The notes beneath the pieces are model-generated. The model made no database searches and was not told where the DNA came from. It saw nothing but the letters and a program-made list of their open reading frames with translations. A stretch of 64,000 nt of DNA, from assembly GCF_963921235.1 (NCBI RefSeq), contig NC_086097.1:96536001-96600000 (forward strand), in the 5' to 3' direction. Both the position numbers and the translations under genes were made by a program. Position 1 is the first letter of the stretch. Each line of letters begins with the position of its first letter. Shown piece after piece: positions 1 to 12,275 of the stretch. The stretch comes from Mobula hypostoma. Taxonomy: Eukaryota.

Positions 1-1428
1 TGGCATGATTTTTGCCACGCACCAACTTCAGGAGAAGTGTCAGGAGCAGAATTGCGAACTCTACACAACTTTTGTTGACCTCACGAAAGCCTTCGACACT
101 GTCTGCCAACAAGGCCTGTGAAGGATCATGTCAAAGTTCGGCTGCCCCGCCAAATTCATTCAGATGGTATGCCAGTTCCATGATGGCATGATGGCCAGAG
201 TGCTGGACGGCGGAGAATCCTCTAGGGCGTTCCTAGTCACCAATGGTGTCAAGCAGGGCTGTGTGCTCACACCCTCACTGTTCAGCATGATGTTTTCTGC
301 CATGCTGAATGATGTCTTCCAGGACAGTGATGCTGGAATCAGCCTCAAGTACAGAGTGGATGGGCTCTTCAACCTGAGGAGACTTCAAGCTATTACCAAA
401 GTGAAGGAGACTGTTCTCAGAGACTTCCTCTTTGCCGATGACTGCGCCCTGTATGCTGGCTCGGAGCCAGAGATGCAATATGGACAAATTCTCCATGGCT
501 TGTGACAACTTTGGACTTACCATCAACATCAAAAAGACTGAAGTCATGCACCAGCCTGCCGCTCATGCACCGTACACAGAACCAAAAATCACAATCAAAG
601 GACAAAAACTACAGGCAATTGACCAGTTTACTTACCTTGGCAGCACCCTCTCCCGAGCAGTGACTATTGATACAGAAGTTAATTGCAGAATAGCAAAAGC
701 AAGTTCTGCTTTCGGTTGACTGCGCTCCACTGTATGGGAATGCCAAGGAATCAGTCCAGCAGCAAAACCGAAGGTCTACAGAGCCATGGTACTCACTACC
801 CTCCTGTATGCCTGTGAAACGCGGACTGTGTATTGAAGGCATGCAGGACAGCTCAACCATTTCCACATGACGACTTCGCAGAATATTAGGCTTCAGATGG
901 CAAGATAAAGTACCAGACACTGAGGTTCTCTCTAGAGCAAGTCTACAATCAGTCCACACATTGCTGATGAGAGCACAGACCGGGTGGGCAGGTCATGTCA
1001 TCCGCATGCCAGACGAGCGCATATCCAAGCAGCTCCTTTTTGGGGAACTCTCTGCTGGAAGACGCTCGCATGGAGGGCAGAAGAAACGTTACAAAGACAC
1101 ACTAAAGGCCTCTCTGAAGTCGCTTTACATAGACACGACCACCTGGGAAACGCTGGCACAAAACCGCCCTACCTGGCGCAGCCTTATCCACAAGGGCTGT
1201 CAAGCTTACGAAGCAAGGCGCATTGCTGGAGCACAACATAAGCGCGAGCTGTGCAAGTCCAGAGCCACCAACACAACAACTGCAGTGCCTACACATGTCT
1301 GCCCAACACGTGCCAGGACATTTCATACCCGAATTGGCCTGACCAGTCATCTTCGGACACACCGCATCCAGTCTCAAAGTGACTAATGGTGTCAAGATCT
1401 TCATCGACGACGATGCACAAACAACAAC
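1..1428 (+). mobile_element. RTE-clade LINE (BovB-like) 3' portion: RT, C-terminal C2H2 finger and tail; frameshifted
   Basis: ORF pieces read QLQEKCQEQN, GVKQGCVLTP, DFLFADD, FTYLGS, WAGHVIRMPDER and CPT..RTF..RIGLTSHLRTH; ends in an (AAC)n-like tail near 1418-1428; has stops and frameshifts. Confidence 0.9.
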
Positions 1429-2490
1429 TTGTCTCATGCCAATCAGCCAATCTTCTATCCATGTCCATGTTCGTATCCTTCCTGTAATAGCATGGGCTCT
1501 TAACTTGTTAAGCAGCTTCACGTGTGGCACCTTGTCAAAGGCCTTCTGAAAATCCAAGTAATACTGACTCTCCTTTGTCTATCCTACCTGATATTTCCTT
1601 ATAGAATTCCAACAGATTTGTCAGACAAGATTTCCCCTTAAGGAAACAATGCTGACCTCAGCCAGTTTTATCAAGTGCCTCCAAGTACCCTGAAACCTTA
1701 TCCTTAATAATGGACTCCAACATCTTCACAACCACTGATGTCAGGCTAACTGGCCTATAATTTCTTTCTTCTGCCTTCTTCCCTCTTAAGGAGCAGAGTG
1801 ACATTTGCCATTTTCCAGTCCTCTGGAACCTAGTGATTCCTCCACAATCTCTTGAGCTATCTCTTTCAGAACCCTGGGATTCAGCCCAACTAGTTTAGGC
1901 AATTTATCTACCTTCAGCCCATTCAGCTCCCCAAGTACCTTCTACTTGGTAATAACAACTACACTCACTTCTGTTCCCTCAAACTCCTGAATTTGTGACA
2001 TACTGCTACTGTCATCCACAGTGACGACTCATGCAAAATACTTCTGCCATCTGCTATTTCTTTATCTACCATTACTATCTCTCCAGCATCACTTTCCAGT
2101 ACTCTCCCTTCCCTTTTACTGTTTAGACAGTGCATCTGAAAAAACACTTTTGGGATCCTCTTTTATATTATTGGCTAGCTTACCTTCATATTTCATCTTT
2201 TCTCTCCTTATGGCTTTTTAGTTGTCTTCTGTTGGTTTTTAAAAGCTTCTAAGTCCTCTAACTTCCCACTAATTTTTGTTATATTATATGTCCTTTCGTT
2301 TGCTTTTATGCTGCCTTTGACTTCCCTTGTCAGCCATGGTTACTTCATCGTCCCTTTAGAATGCCTTTTCATCTTTGGGATGTATCAATTCTGCACCTTC
2401 TGAACTGCCTCTAGAAATTCCAGCCATTGCTGTTCTGCCATCATCCCTGATTGTGTTCCCTTCCAATCAACTTTGGCCAGCTGCTCTTTC
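1429..2490 (-). mobile_element. CR1-clade LINE fragment
   Basis: Minus-strand DFQKAFDKVPH..LLNKLRAH..WIEDWL, plus upstream CR1 ORF2-like sequence (SDAGEIVM..KEIAD). Confidence 0.85.
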
Positions 2491-2554
2491 TGAGGATGAG
2501 GCAGGGGATGTACCTCTTGTAGCAGTTTGTAAAATTCCATATGCTCCAGAACAT

Positions 2555-2870
2555 AATGTACAGGTGCAATTCTACACTGTCATCATAGAGAGCATCTTAA
2601 CATCAGCCATGACCTTCTGGTTTGGTACAACATCCTCTCACAATATACAAAAACTACAGCGAAGTGTCAGGACAGCAGAAAAGGTCATTGGTTGTAATTG
2701 ATCATCACTGCAGGACTTGTGTGTCTAGGACAAATGAAGGCAGGAAAAATCAATGTATACATTACCCATCCAGCAAACTGACTTTTCCAAAAGCCCTTTT
2801 CTGGAAAGTGCTATGCGAAACAAAACACCATCTAAAAGTTACTTCTGGCAGGCAATTAATCTAATCACCT
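2555..2870 (+). mobile_element. Rex1/Babar-like LINE 3' fragment
   Basis: FYTVIIESILTSAMTFWFG...KLQRSVRTAEKVIG is typical of the Rex1/Babar C-terminus. Confidence 0.75.
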
Positions 2871-2981
2871 ATTCTAGTTAGCCAACCCCCACCATCCTCT
2901 ATCTATTGCCTCAGTCACTGCACTGCATTGTAAACAGTTTAAACCACTTTTTGCAATGCTGTTTATAATGTAAATATTACT

Positions 2982-4155
2982 TTTTTGGCTTAATTAAGCA
3001 CTGCCCCAATTAGCTGAAGTTTTATGGAAATAGTTAAAAAGGTATTAAAAAAAGACAAACTACCATATAACTGAGTAACAAATTATGTATTTAAATCAAA
3101 CACAGAACAAATTGGAACTCTGCCAATACTACTACAGTATTATAAAATTGTGCATTAGTTTGTGATGTTAAAGACAGAGGAGTTCATTCAATGTATGCTG
3201 CTGTGTTCTTTTGATTGACTGTAAATGAACAAAATCAGTGCAGACAACTAGGGCAATATTTTGACAAGTGCCAAATCTTTTTGTGCATCTTGGCAAGGGT
3301 CTGAATTCTTTTAAGTCGAAAATTATCAAAAATCCACTGCTTTTTGAATCACCATCCATCAGCCCAAATGGGTAACATAACACAAGCACACACAACTGAT
3401 GCTATTTAAAAACTGTCCCCTAAAACCCTCACTAATTTTTATAGATGCACCATAGGAAGCATTCTTCTAGGGTGCATCACAACCTGGTATGGAAGTTGTC
3501 CTGTCCAAGACCGAAAGAAGCTGCAGAAGATCATGAACACGGCGCAGCACATCACATAAACCAATCTTCCGTCCTTGGACTCACTTTACACTGCACGCTG
3601 TCGGAGCAGTGCTGCCAGGATAATCAAGGACATGACCCACCCAGCCAACACGCTTTTTGTCCCTCTTCCCTCCAGGAGAAGGCTCAGGAGCTTGAAGACT
3701 TGTACGGACAGATTTGGGAACAGCTTCTTTCCAACTATGATAAGACTGCTGAACGGATCCTGACCTGGATCTGGGCTGTACCCTCTGAATATCCAGAAAT
3801 GCCTCTCGGTTTTTTTGCACCACCTTACTTTTCCTTTTCTATTTTCTATTTATGATTTATAATATAAATTTTTAATATTTACTATCGATTTGTACTCCAG
3901 GAAGCACAAAGCGCAGAATCAAATATCACTGTGATGATTGTACGCTCTAGTATCAATTGTTTGGCGACAATAAAGTAGTGTCTAATGGCCACACAAGTGA
4001 ATGTGACTGTTCATCAACCAGTTAAATGGCATAGTGTCCTAAATAAACAAAATGAATCCTGGCCATATTTTCAATTTGTTTTTTGTTCATTATGAGTTGT
4101 TGCAAATAAGCTGCTGCCCCAATTAACCTTTGTCCTAATTAATTGGAATCCACTG
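2982..4155. mobile_element. Tigger/pogo-type non-autonomous DNA transposon, copy A (left end lost; interrupted by a LINE)
   Basis: Colinear with copy B (4170-4996); right TIR AATTAATTGGAATCCACTG ends at 4155. Confidence 0.7.
3423..3975 (+). mobile_element. Rex1/Babar-like LINE 3' fragment nested in the Tigger-like element
   Basis: SILLGCITTWYG-like sequence and HPANTLFVPLPSRRRLRSL..RFGNSFFPTMIRLLN; ends near CAATAAAGTA. Confidence 0.85.
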
Positions 4156-4169
4156 CACACACAAATGTA

Positions 4170-4996
4170 CAGTGGATTCTGGTTAATTAGGACACATCGG
4201 GACCAGCATATTTTGGCCCAATTAAGTGACTGTCCCAATTAACTGAAGTTTCATGGAAATAGTTAAAAAGTCATATTAAAAAAACAAACTGAGTAACAAA
4301 TGTGTTTAAATGAAATACAAAACAAATTAGAACAGTACCAATACTACTACAGTACTATAAAACTGTATTAGCTCCTACTATTTATTGACAGAGGAATTCA
4401 TTCATGTCTTGTTATTTTGACTGTAAATGAACAAAATCAGCAAAAATACTGGTGTAGCAAAAATGGACTGCCTTCACAGAATGCTGTTAATGATTGTATC
4501 CTCAAAGTCTTCATTTTCATTGTAATATTCAAGATTATTACCAATACCTTTAAATTCTTCATAACTTGGAAGTAGTGAAATCATTTCACTTTCATTCCTA
4601 ATATTTCTGTCATTTCCCAAACCTGAATTCTTGCTGAAACGACAACTGTACTTTCTTCACATAGATGCTGCTTGACTTGCTGAGTTCCTCCAGCATTTTG
4701 TGTGTGTTTCTTGAAACAGTGATGAGCAGAATAGTTTTGAATTTTCTTACTACTCATTTCTCACCAACTATCAGTGATAAAAGTCACTGCTTTTTGAACA
4801 CAGACACACAAAACTGACACTATTTAAAGACTGTTTGCTCGAAGCATGGTGTATGTCTAATGGCCATGCAAGTGCATGCGATTAATACTAACTAGAAACT
4901 GTTCGTCAATAGTCTCCTGTCCCAATTAAGCAGCACAGTATTCCAAATAAACAGCTACCCATATTAACGCATGGCCCAATTAACCTAAATTCACTG
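4170..4996. mobile_element. Tigger/pogo-type non-autonomous DNA transposon, copy B
   Basis: TA then left TIR CAGTGGATTCTGGTTAATT (4170); right TIR AATTAACCTAAATTCACTG (ends 4996); minus strand carries an acidic transposase C-terminus-like remnant (YEEFKGIGNNLEYYNENEDFEDTII). Confidence 0.72.
4632..4710 (+). mobile_element. Penelope-like terminal repeat fragment nested in Tigger copy B
   Basis: ATAGATGCTGCTTGACTTGCTGAGTTCCTCCAGCATTTTGTGTGTG matches the terminal repeat of the Penelope-like elements in this window. Confidence 0.75.
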
Positions 4997-6539
4997 TGTA
5001 CGGTGAATAAAATTGATTCTTGATATCTGTTAAGAAGCACAGCAAACTAATGATTTCACTCTAAGCACTGCAGGTACAAGGTATTAATTTTATTTATATT
5101 GAGTTGATCTAAAAATATTTAACTGTTAACAATTTGTTTACATTTAATGAACTGTAGATTTGTTTTTGAACACATGAATATTGGGACATTTTACTGTTGA
5201 GTGAAAGGTGGAATCCCGGGATCATGGCTTAATTTGTTCTCAAATCAATTTGAGAGTGGTCCTGTTAGTTTTGATAGGAAAATTCCTCTGCTGTACCTCG
5301 CCTTGTCTACCTGCTGGAAACTCAGCACGCCAGTTGAAAACACCATATTCAACAAATAGGCATCTATTTGCTGATCCGAATATCCCCATGCCTATTTTTT
5401 AACGGTGCAAGAAACAATCCACAAACTATAGTTCAAGGTTTTCTTTTAATACTTGTCCTTGCTCCTGTTTCCTGTCAATAAGTATCACCTTCTAGTCCAT
5501 TTCCATGTTGTTCACTTCAACATGGTAGGTTTCTCAGTTTCCCATTCTCTAATTTCTCCAAGCCACTTTAAGATATCTCTCATTCTGACACAAGGTATTC
5601 CATTATCATGAGACTCTCAATCCTTCTTACAAAGAATCACACTGCATAGCCTTCTGTTCCAAATGTATTAGCTGACCTTTTGACAGCCTTCATCCTATCA
5701 ACACATTGCGACTGATCAATTGTATCAGTTGCTTTGGATCCTTACCCTTAATTGCTGCATTTTCTTACTCTGTACAATATTGGTGAAACTATAAAACTGT
5801 TGTAAAAAACACCTGAATTTGGCCCAGAAAAGTCAATACTAGTGGAGATAACAGACAACGTAGCCCATCACAACAGAAACTTAATCAAAAAATAAGAAAA
5901 ATGCCTGGTAAAGGTTCTTATAATAATTCCAAGGGCCACAAACCTTGCTAGACTAAGTTAAGGGATGAGTTCAGAGAAAGAAACAATGAGTTTCTAAATT
6001 GTTTCTAAAACGAGGTCATAAAATCAACTGGGGCAGGCTAATCTTGGGTAATGATACAAAAATTAGTTAAAAATCTCATAATAATGGATCTTCTAAGTAA
6101 AAGTGCTAACTATCTGACAATTTGTTTTTACAAGAGATATTTAGTCTTGATATTAAATAAACCCAGTTGATCTGGGTGGATTGGGACATTAGATTAAAAG
6201 GTTTCCCAGTGGAAAAATGTTTGAAAATCTTTAACTACCATGCACATCACTATGAAATAAAAAAATCCATGAGTAAAGTGATCCAGCTGATCACAAATTT
6301 TCTAGCACCACTGCAGATATTTGGATATTAAAACTGCAAAGAATGTTGCAAATGTGGCGCGAGGAAGACCAAAGGCACCTCAAAGGGATTTAGCCAAATA
6401 AGATATTGAAGAAGAATATCATTTGTGAAAGCATGGAGACTTAATCCTCGGTTAAAGAATAGCAAAGCAATTTTATTTAAACATAGCAGGAAACTTGTAA
6501 ATAGTGTATAGCAAGCTCTTGGAGGGTTGTTTCAAGAGT

Positions 6540-7305
6540 GTTAGGTATTGGTCAGGCCACACTTGGAGTACTGAGAACAATTTTGGGCCCCTTCTCTAAG
6601 AAATGATGGAAAGGGTCCAAAGGAGTTTCACGAGAATGGTTCCAGGAATGAAAGGGTTAATGTACAAGAAGCATTTGATGGCCCTCAGCCTGGAGTTTAG
6701 AAGAATGAGATGAGATCTCATTGAAACCTATCAAATATTGAAAGGTTTGGATAGTGTGGATGGAGGTAGATGTTTCCTTGAGGATGAGTGTAGGACAAGA
6801 GGTCACAGCCTCAAACTACAGGGACATCCATTTGCTGAAAAACGGCTTCTTCCCTAGGGCAGTTGTGCAGCTGAATAATGATACACCCCAGCTTGCCAAT
6901 ACCCTTCAAGTATTATTGACTATCGAAGTCACTTGTTGCATGTAAAATGGGATTTTTTAAAAATATGCTGTACCACATGATTTGTAAATATCTGTTTTGC
7001 AGAGACTGGAGTAGCGCTGTAACCTCATTGTCTTATGCAATAACAATAAAATTCTATTCTATTCAAGAACAGAGATAAGAAGAACTTCCTTCAGCTAGAA
7101 GGTAGTGAAATATGTGGGACTCATTCCCACAGGTGGCTGTGGAGGCCAAGTTATTGAGTATATAGTTCTTGATTAGTCAGGGTGTCAAAGGCTGTTGGGA
7201 GAAGGCAGGAAAATGGGGTTGAAAAGAATAATAAATCAGCCATGATGGAATGGTGGACAGACTCAATGGGACGAATGGCTTAATTCTTCTCCTATGTCTT
7301 ATGGT
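6540..7305 (+). mobile_element. CR1 3' fragment, interrupted by a Rex/Babar 3' end (about 6835-7064)
   Basis: LVRPHLEY, DLIETYQILKGLD and (CTTATGG)-type tail near 7300; the insert reads KNGFFPRAVVQLN and ends in an (ATTCT)n tail. Confidence 0.8.
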
Positions 7306-7829
7306 CTGAGAGGGAATGTTGTCATACATCAAGCATGTAGGTAAAAGCAACTCCATGCAGTTGGTCAAAGTTCTGCTGTAATTGCATAGGGCTTTAGCAA
7401 GAGCATTATTTGAAATACTGAGCTAATTTTTGCTCCTCCTACCTAACTTAATATACACGTGCATTGCAATCAGTGTAATACAGATTCAATAGAATGATTC
7501 CTGTCCCAAGAGAAGTGAGCACTTAATCTTAATTAAATGTGAAAGAGTGATAAATGATACTGAGATGTAAAAGGATTCTAAGAGGTATTGACAAACAGAA
7601 GTCAAGAGACACTTTTCTACAGATGGCTAGTTCAGAACTATCCAGTTGTAGAAAATATTCTTAATTTTTACATCCTCTGATGATATAATATGGTTAGGCT
7701 TCGAAGAGTTATTTTTTGGAAACTAGGAGAATGAGGAAATAGGATCAAGGAGGAAAATGGAATAGCTACAGAATAAATCATCACCTTATTGAAAGGCAGA
7801 GCAGGCTCAAATAAACACATAACCTGCTC

Positions 7830-7958
7830 CTGACGAAGGGTCTCGGCCTGAAACGTCGACTGCACCTCTTCCTAGAGATGCTGCCTGGCCTGCTGCGTTC
7901 ACCAGCAACTTTTATGTGTGTTGCTTGAATTTCCAGCATCTGCAGAATTCCTGTTGTT
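7830..7958 (+). mobile_element. Solo Penelope terminal repeat starting at a hammerhead core
   Basis: CTGACGA-AGGGTCTCGGCCT-GAAA-CG-TC-GACTG at 7830-7862 followed by the terminal repeat and tail; TGCTCCTG repeated at 7825-7832 and 7959-7966. Confidence 0.85.
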
Positions 7959-8509
7959 TGCTCCTGCTTCTGTTTCTTTTGTTATACCCTTGTCTTTCAG
8001 AGAAGGAAATCTACCATCCTTATAGGTCTGGTTTATAATTGATTCCAGACACAGCGATGTGATTAACTTTTAACTCCCATCTAAGAGACCAAACTTCTAG
8101 TTTAGGACCAATGAAAGACTTACAATAAATGTTGTCTTGCCAAAAAGAATGTCATTTTGGAATACAGCTTGCTTATTGAGAGCAGGAAATCTGTATCAAA
8201 ACATGATTTTCAAAACCAAAAACCATGAATATTAGCAAAAATCAGGCTCATGAAAAACAGCATGAGAATCTGTCTTAAATATAAACACCTCAATTAATCA
8301 CTGCTGAAAAACTTTTAATTAATCTCTTTCTTGTGGAAAAATTGAACTTCAACACATTCATTTGCTCACTTTCACAGTGAGAAGCTAAGAAGGAATTTAA
8401 AATGTGTCTTTTGTTACTCTAAGGTTTTAACATATGAGGGAACAAAAACACGGCACTTCCCAATGGAAGTGACTAATATGTGCAGCTCAGGCACACATCT
8501 TTATTTTCT

Positions 8510-8865
8510 CACTACTGCCCATTACGCAGCTGGCACTTCGGGCAGCAACGAAGGTCCTCCATCTCTGGCAGTGTAAATTCCGGGTGGAAACTCAAAAATA
8601 ACATCATAGTCAGATGTAGAAGGATTCTTCATTGCTGTTTCTGTAACAATTTTGTTTTACCTGTCAGGGTTGTTAACCCTGAGCTGAACCCACCCTCCCC
8701 CCCAACCAAACCTGGAGGATCAGTGGACCACTCTTAGTCTGGCACTTACCCTTTGACCTGTTTGCCATGGGTGACCCTACAAAGAATCAAAACATTAAGT
8801 CCCGACTCCAGCCAACATAGCTCTCCAGGTCGCTGAGGCATAAAACCTCCAAACTACAACAAGAA
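8510..8865 (-). mobile_element. Bipartite non-autonomous RTE derivative (5' UTR fused to 3' end)
   Basis: Minus strand begins with RTE 5'-UTR-like sequence (GAGAGCTATGTTGGCTGGAGTC..GTAGGGTCACCCATGG..AGGTCAAAGGGTA) and ends with an RTE C-terminus (QRWRTFVAA) plus GGGCAGTAGT; no RT in between. Confidence 0.65.
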
Positions 8866-11574
8866 TGTAGTCCTCTTGAAGCACACATTGCACTATATCC
8901 ATATTTTTTTCTTATGAATCTGTTATTTTTTATTACTAATTTGCAAAAAATATACAGAACCATAGCACATAGAAATAGGCACTTTTAGTTCACTTCTTCC
9001 ATGCTGTGATGCACATCTATGCTAATCCCATTTGTCCAGTTAGGCTCATCTCCCTCCATGTCTTTACTGTCCAAGTCTTATAAACATTGTAATTGTATTG
9101 GTCTCCATCACCTCCTCCAGTTAACCACCATTGTGTATATGAAAAATATCCTTATATGTTCTTTTAAATTTCTCCCCCATCATCTTAAATTTGAGATTTT
9201 TTTAAATGCAAGACTTCATGAAAAATGATTTTATCTATGCTATCCATGTGCCTCATAATTTTATAAACCTCCTTAAGGTCACTCTTCAGCTTCCCACATT
9301 CCAGTGAGAATAAACCCAGCCTATCCAATCACTCCCTATAACTACAGCCCTCCATACTCTCCACTCTGCCCAACTTTCCATTGATCCATATCTTCTTGTA
9401 TCTTTAAGTAACCTTTGTTATCTATGACTCCACAATTATTTTCGTCTTGTCTGCAAACATACTAATCTCCTACATTCTTACTAATCTCCTACATTCTCAA
9501 CCTAATCAGGTTGAAACTCTCTAATCCAGCATTCCATAGTCCGGCAACTCCCATGATCTGACAGGTTTTGCATGGGGGTACACATCTCTTCAATTAATTA
9601 ATTTTAAGTAAAATCTAAATGTAATTAAAATCAATACTAATCTATGGCTATTTAATCTATCAATGTAACTTTTGCAATCTCAACTGACTATGATCTCAGC
9701 TGACAGCATTCCCAACTTCCTGGAATGTTTATGTGAATGACCCAGGGAATGTCAAAACTTTATAAGTATATTTATCCTGCTCAGAGCAAAATGACTGGGG
9801 CAATTTCTGTGGTCCAGAGATGCCAGACTTGAATGTTTCAGCAAACAAAGATACCACCACCAATCAATCCCTGTTGTTATGATCTTCCAGTCAGAAAAGC
9901 ACCCATCCATCACTATCCTGTCTCCCATGCCAAGCCAGTTTTGAATCTAGTTTGCCAAAATGCTTAAAATCCTTTATGCCTTAAGTCATTGGACGAAATC
10001 TTAAATACTTCCAATTTCAAATTGCATAAACCACAAGCACTGGAAATAACTGACAATTCCTTCCCACTCCACAAAGAATTCCCATTCTGGCCAAACTCTT
10101 CACTCAGACTATTTAAATACATTCCGTGCAACAGCAAAAACTGGTTTATGCATCTTTGTTGCCAGAAATGATATAGTTTTTGGCTTACAATGAAGACTCC
10201 CTCTTCAGAAAAACTCTGTTGTGCCTTTAAGAAGTAGTTTTAAGTTTGCTGAAATTAGTTTTTTCACAATTTTTTAAAATTCAAGTTCAATTCAAACTGT
10301 TAAACTCAGATCTATTATCCATGTATTAATTTCCACTCTGAACAGATTCTCAACTTAATACCAGTTAAGATAATTTATACTCTATAGTCAAGGATATGCA
10401 GAATCAAAGTTTATAGTAGGAAATCAGATGAATCTGGCCAACATTCACTTTCAGAACAAAGTCTCTTTCTGTAAATGAACAACGTTCTACTTCAAAGGTT
10501 TAACTATTCGGATTCTTTAAAAGATGCTTCAACTACGTCATGGTCACTAAGTTTCAGTGCAAAGAAATTCAATCTAACCTCTGTCTGACAATTTCGCTTA
10601 GTAGCCTGTAGTGACCAACACTACAGAGGAAGTGGTCTTTCCATAATTATTACAACAAAACCTCACAAATTTAAAAAAATATTTTTTTTGATTTCTCATG
10701 GTGAAAGAACAAATGAATGCATTATAGTTTAATGTTTCCACTATTAAAGAACATTTATTGATAGCATCCTGTAATGTTTTTCTGTAGTGATTTTATGAGA
10801 TATTTGATACACAGACACTAATTCACATCCTGTTTTCAAAGTTGAGCATAATATTTTCAATTCTTGGTTTTGAAAATTATGTTGTGAATACAGATTTCCT
10901 GCTTTCATAACCTCACAATAAGAAAATTATTATGCAAATAAAGAAATGATTAGAAATAGAAGACTGGGCTACATCAGCAGCTTACTATGGGTAATGGCAA
11001 GAAAATTCAATGATTCCCTCTTGTTCTCAATTTCCTACAAAGTGAACATTGAAACTTGCATAACAATTGCAAAAGTGGATGGATTACAATGGAAAGGTCA
11101 ATGGGATAATAAAATTACTGATGGAAGTCAGTTACCAATGCCAAATAAAAAAATGAAAACTCCCCCTATAGGTCATTTTATTTTGGTTTCTGATAAGCAG
11201 CACTGAACAACTATTACTGGTGTATGTATATATATATACACACACACATACATACACACATTTGACATTTCTCAGTCAACTGTAAAAATGAGAGTGAGAA
11301 TGAGAATGTTTTGCATTAATGCACATCAAAATCAAAGAGCTAAACACATGCAAAAATCAGTATCAGCATTGATATTAAGTGAAACTAAAATTATAGAGGG
11401 AAACTAATTGAACAGAATACCTCAATTTCTTGTATTCTGTCTAAATTCATTGATTATTTTGCCCGGTAATCAGCAATACTTTATCCAGTTAATGTTATTC
11501 TGTCAAATGCATTGCATCCATTAAGTCATTAATAGGATCCCATTCTTATCATCTGATTTTTCCCACTTTTGAAA

Positions 11575-12275
11575 GATCAGAATCAGAATCCTTTATTATT
11601 GCCAAGTACGTGGACACATACAGGGAATTTGATGCTGGTTTCCCTGAGCTCTCGCTGTACAGAATCAAAAAGCAAACAAAACAATCGTGCAAATAATCGT
11701 GAACTATATACAATAAGGTATACCTGTGTATGGACAGGTGGACTTGGTTTATAATAGACTAAAATTCAAGTGTTCATAAGACTGATGGCATACGGAAAGA
11801 AACTGTTCTTGTATCTATTTGTCCTGGCATACAGTGATCTAAAGCATCTACCAGAAGGAAGGAGTTGGAACAGGCGATGTCCAGGGTGTGATGGGTCTAC
11901 AATGATGCTGCTTGCTCGCTTCCTGACTCTAGATGCATATAAGTCCTGGATTGAGGGTAGCTTCACATCAATAATCCTTTCCGCAGCCCTGACAGTTCTT
12001 TGGAGTCTATTCTTGTCTTGTTTGGTAACTGATCCAAACTAGACAGTGATGGATGAACAGAGAACAGACTGGATCATTCCTGAATAGAATTGAATCAGCA
12101 GCTCCTGAGGCAGGTTGTACCTCCTGAGTTGACATAGGAAATACAATCTCTGCTGAGCCTTTTTGATCAGAGTGTCCACGTTGGGTGTCCACTTCAGGTC
12201 CTGGGAGATTGTGACACCCAGAAACCTGAAGGTCTCCACAGCAGACACAATACTATTGAGTATAATGAGTGAAAG
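11575..12275 (-). mobile_element. Rex1/Babar-like LINE 3' fragment
   Basis: FRFLGVTISQDLKW..KAQQRLYFL and HPGHRLFQLLPSGR..KNSFFPYAISLMN; (ATTCTG)n tail at 11575-11590. Confidence 0.9.

Noticed and set aside
8660..8770. HDV-like ribozyme in the RTE 5' UTR
   Set aside because: Some pairings are possible on the minus strand, but the L3 and P2 elements could not be assembled into the canonical double pseudoknot by eye; it needs a descriptor search on the family consensus.
9508..9845. Possible old Tc1/mariner-type MITE
   Set aside because: Only one TIR-like end is recognisable and no TSD could be confirmed.
10189..10248. Candidate RMDN3 exon 4 (AG..GTAAGC flanked, minus strand)
   Set aside because: Stop codons in all three frames and no similarity to the expected YTTANAE or TPR sequence.
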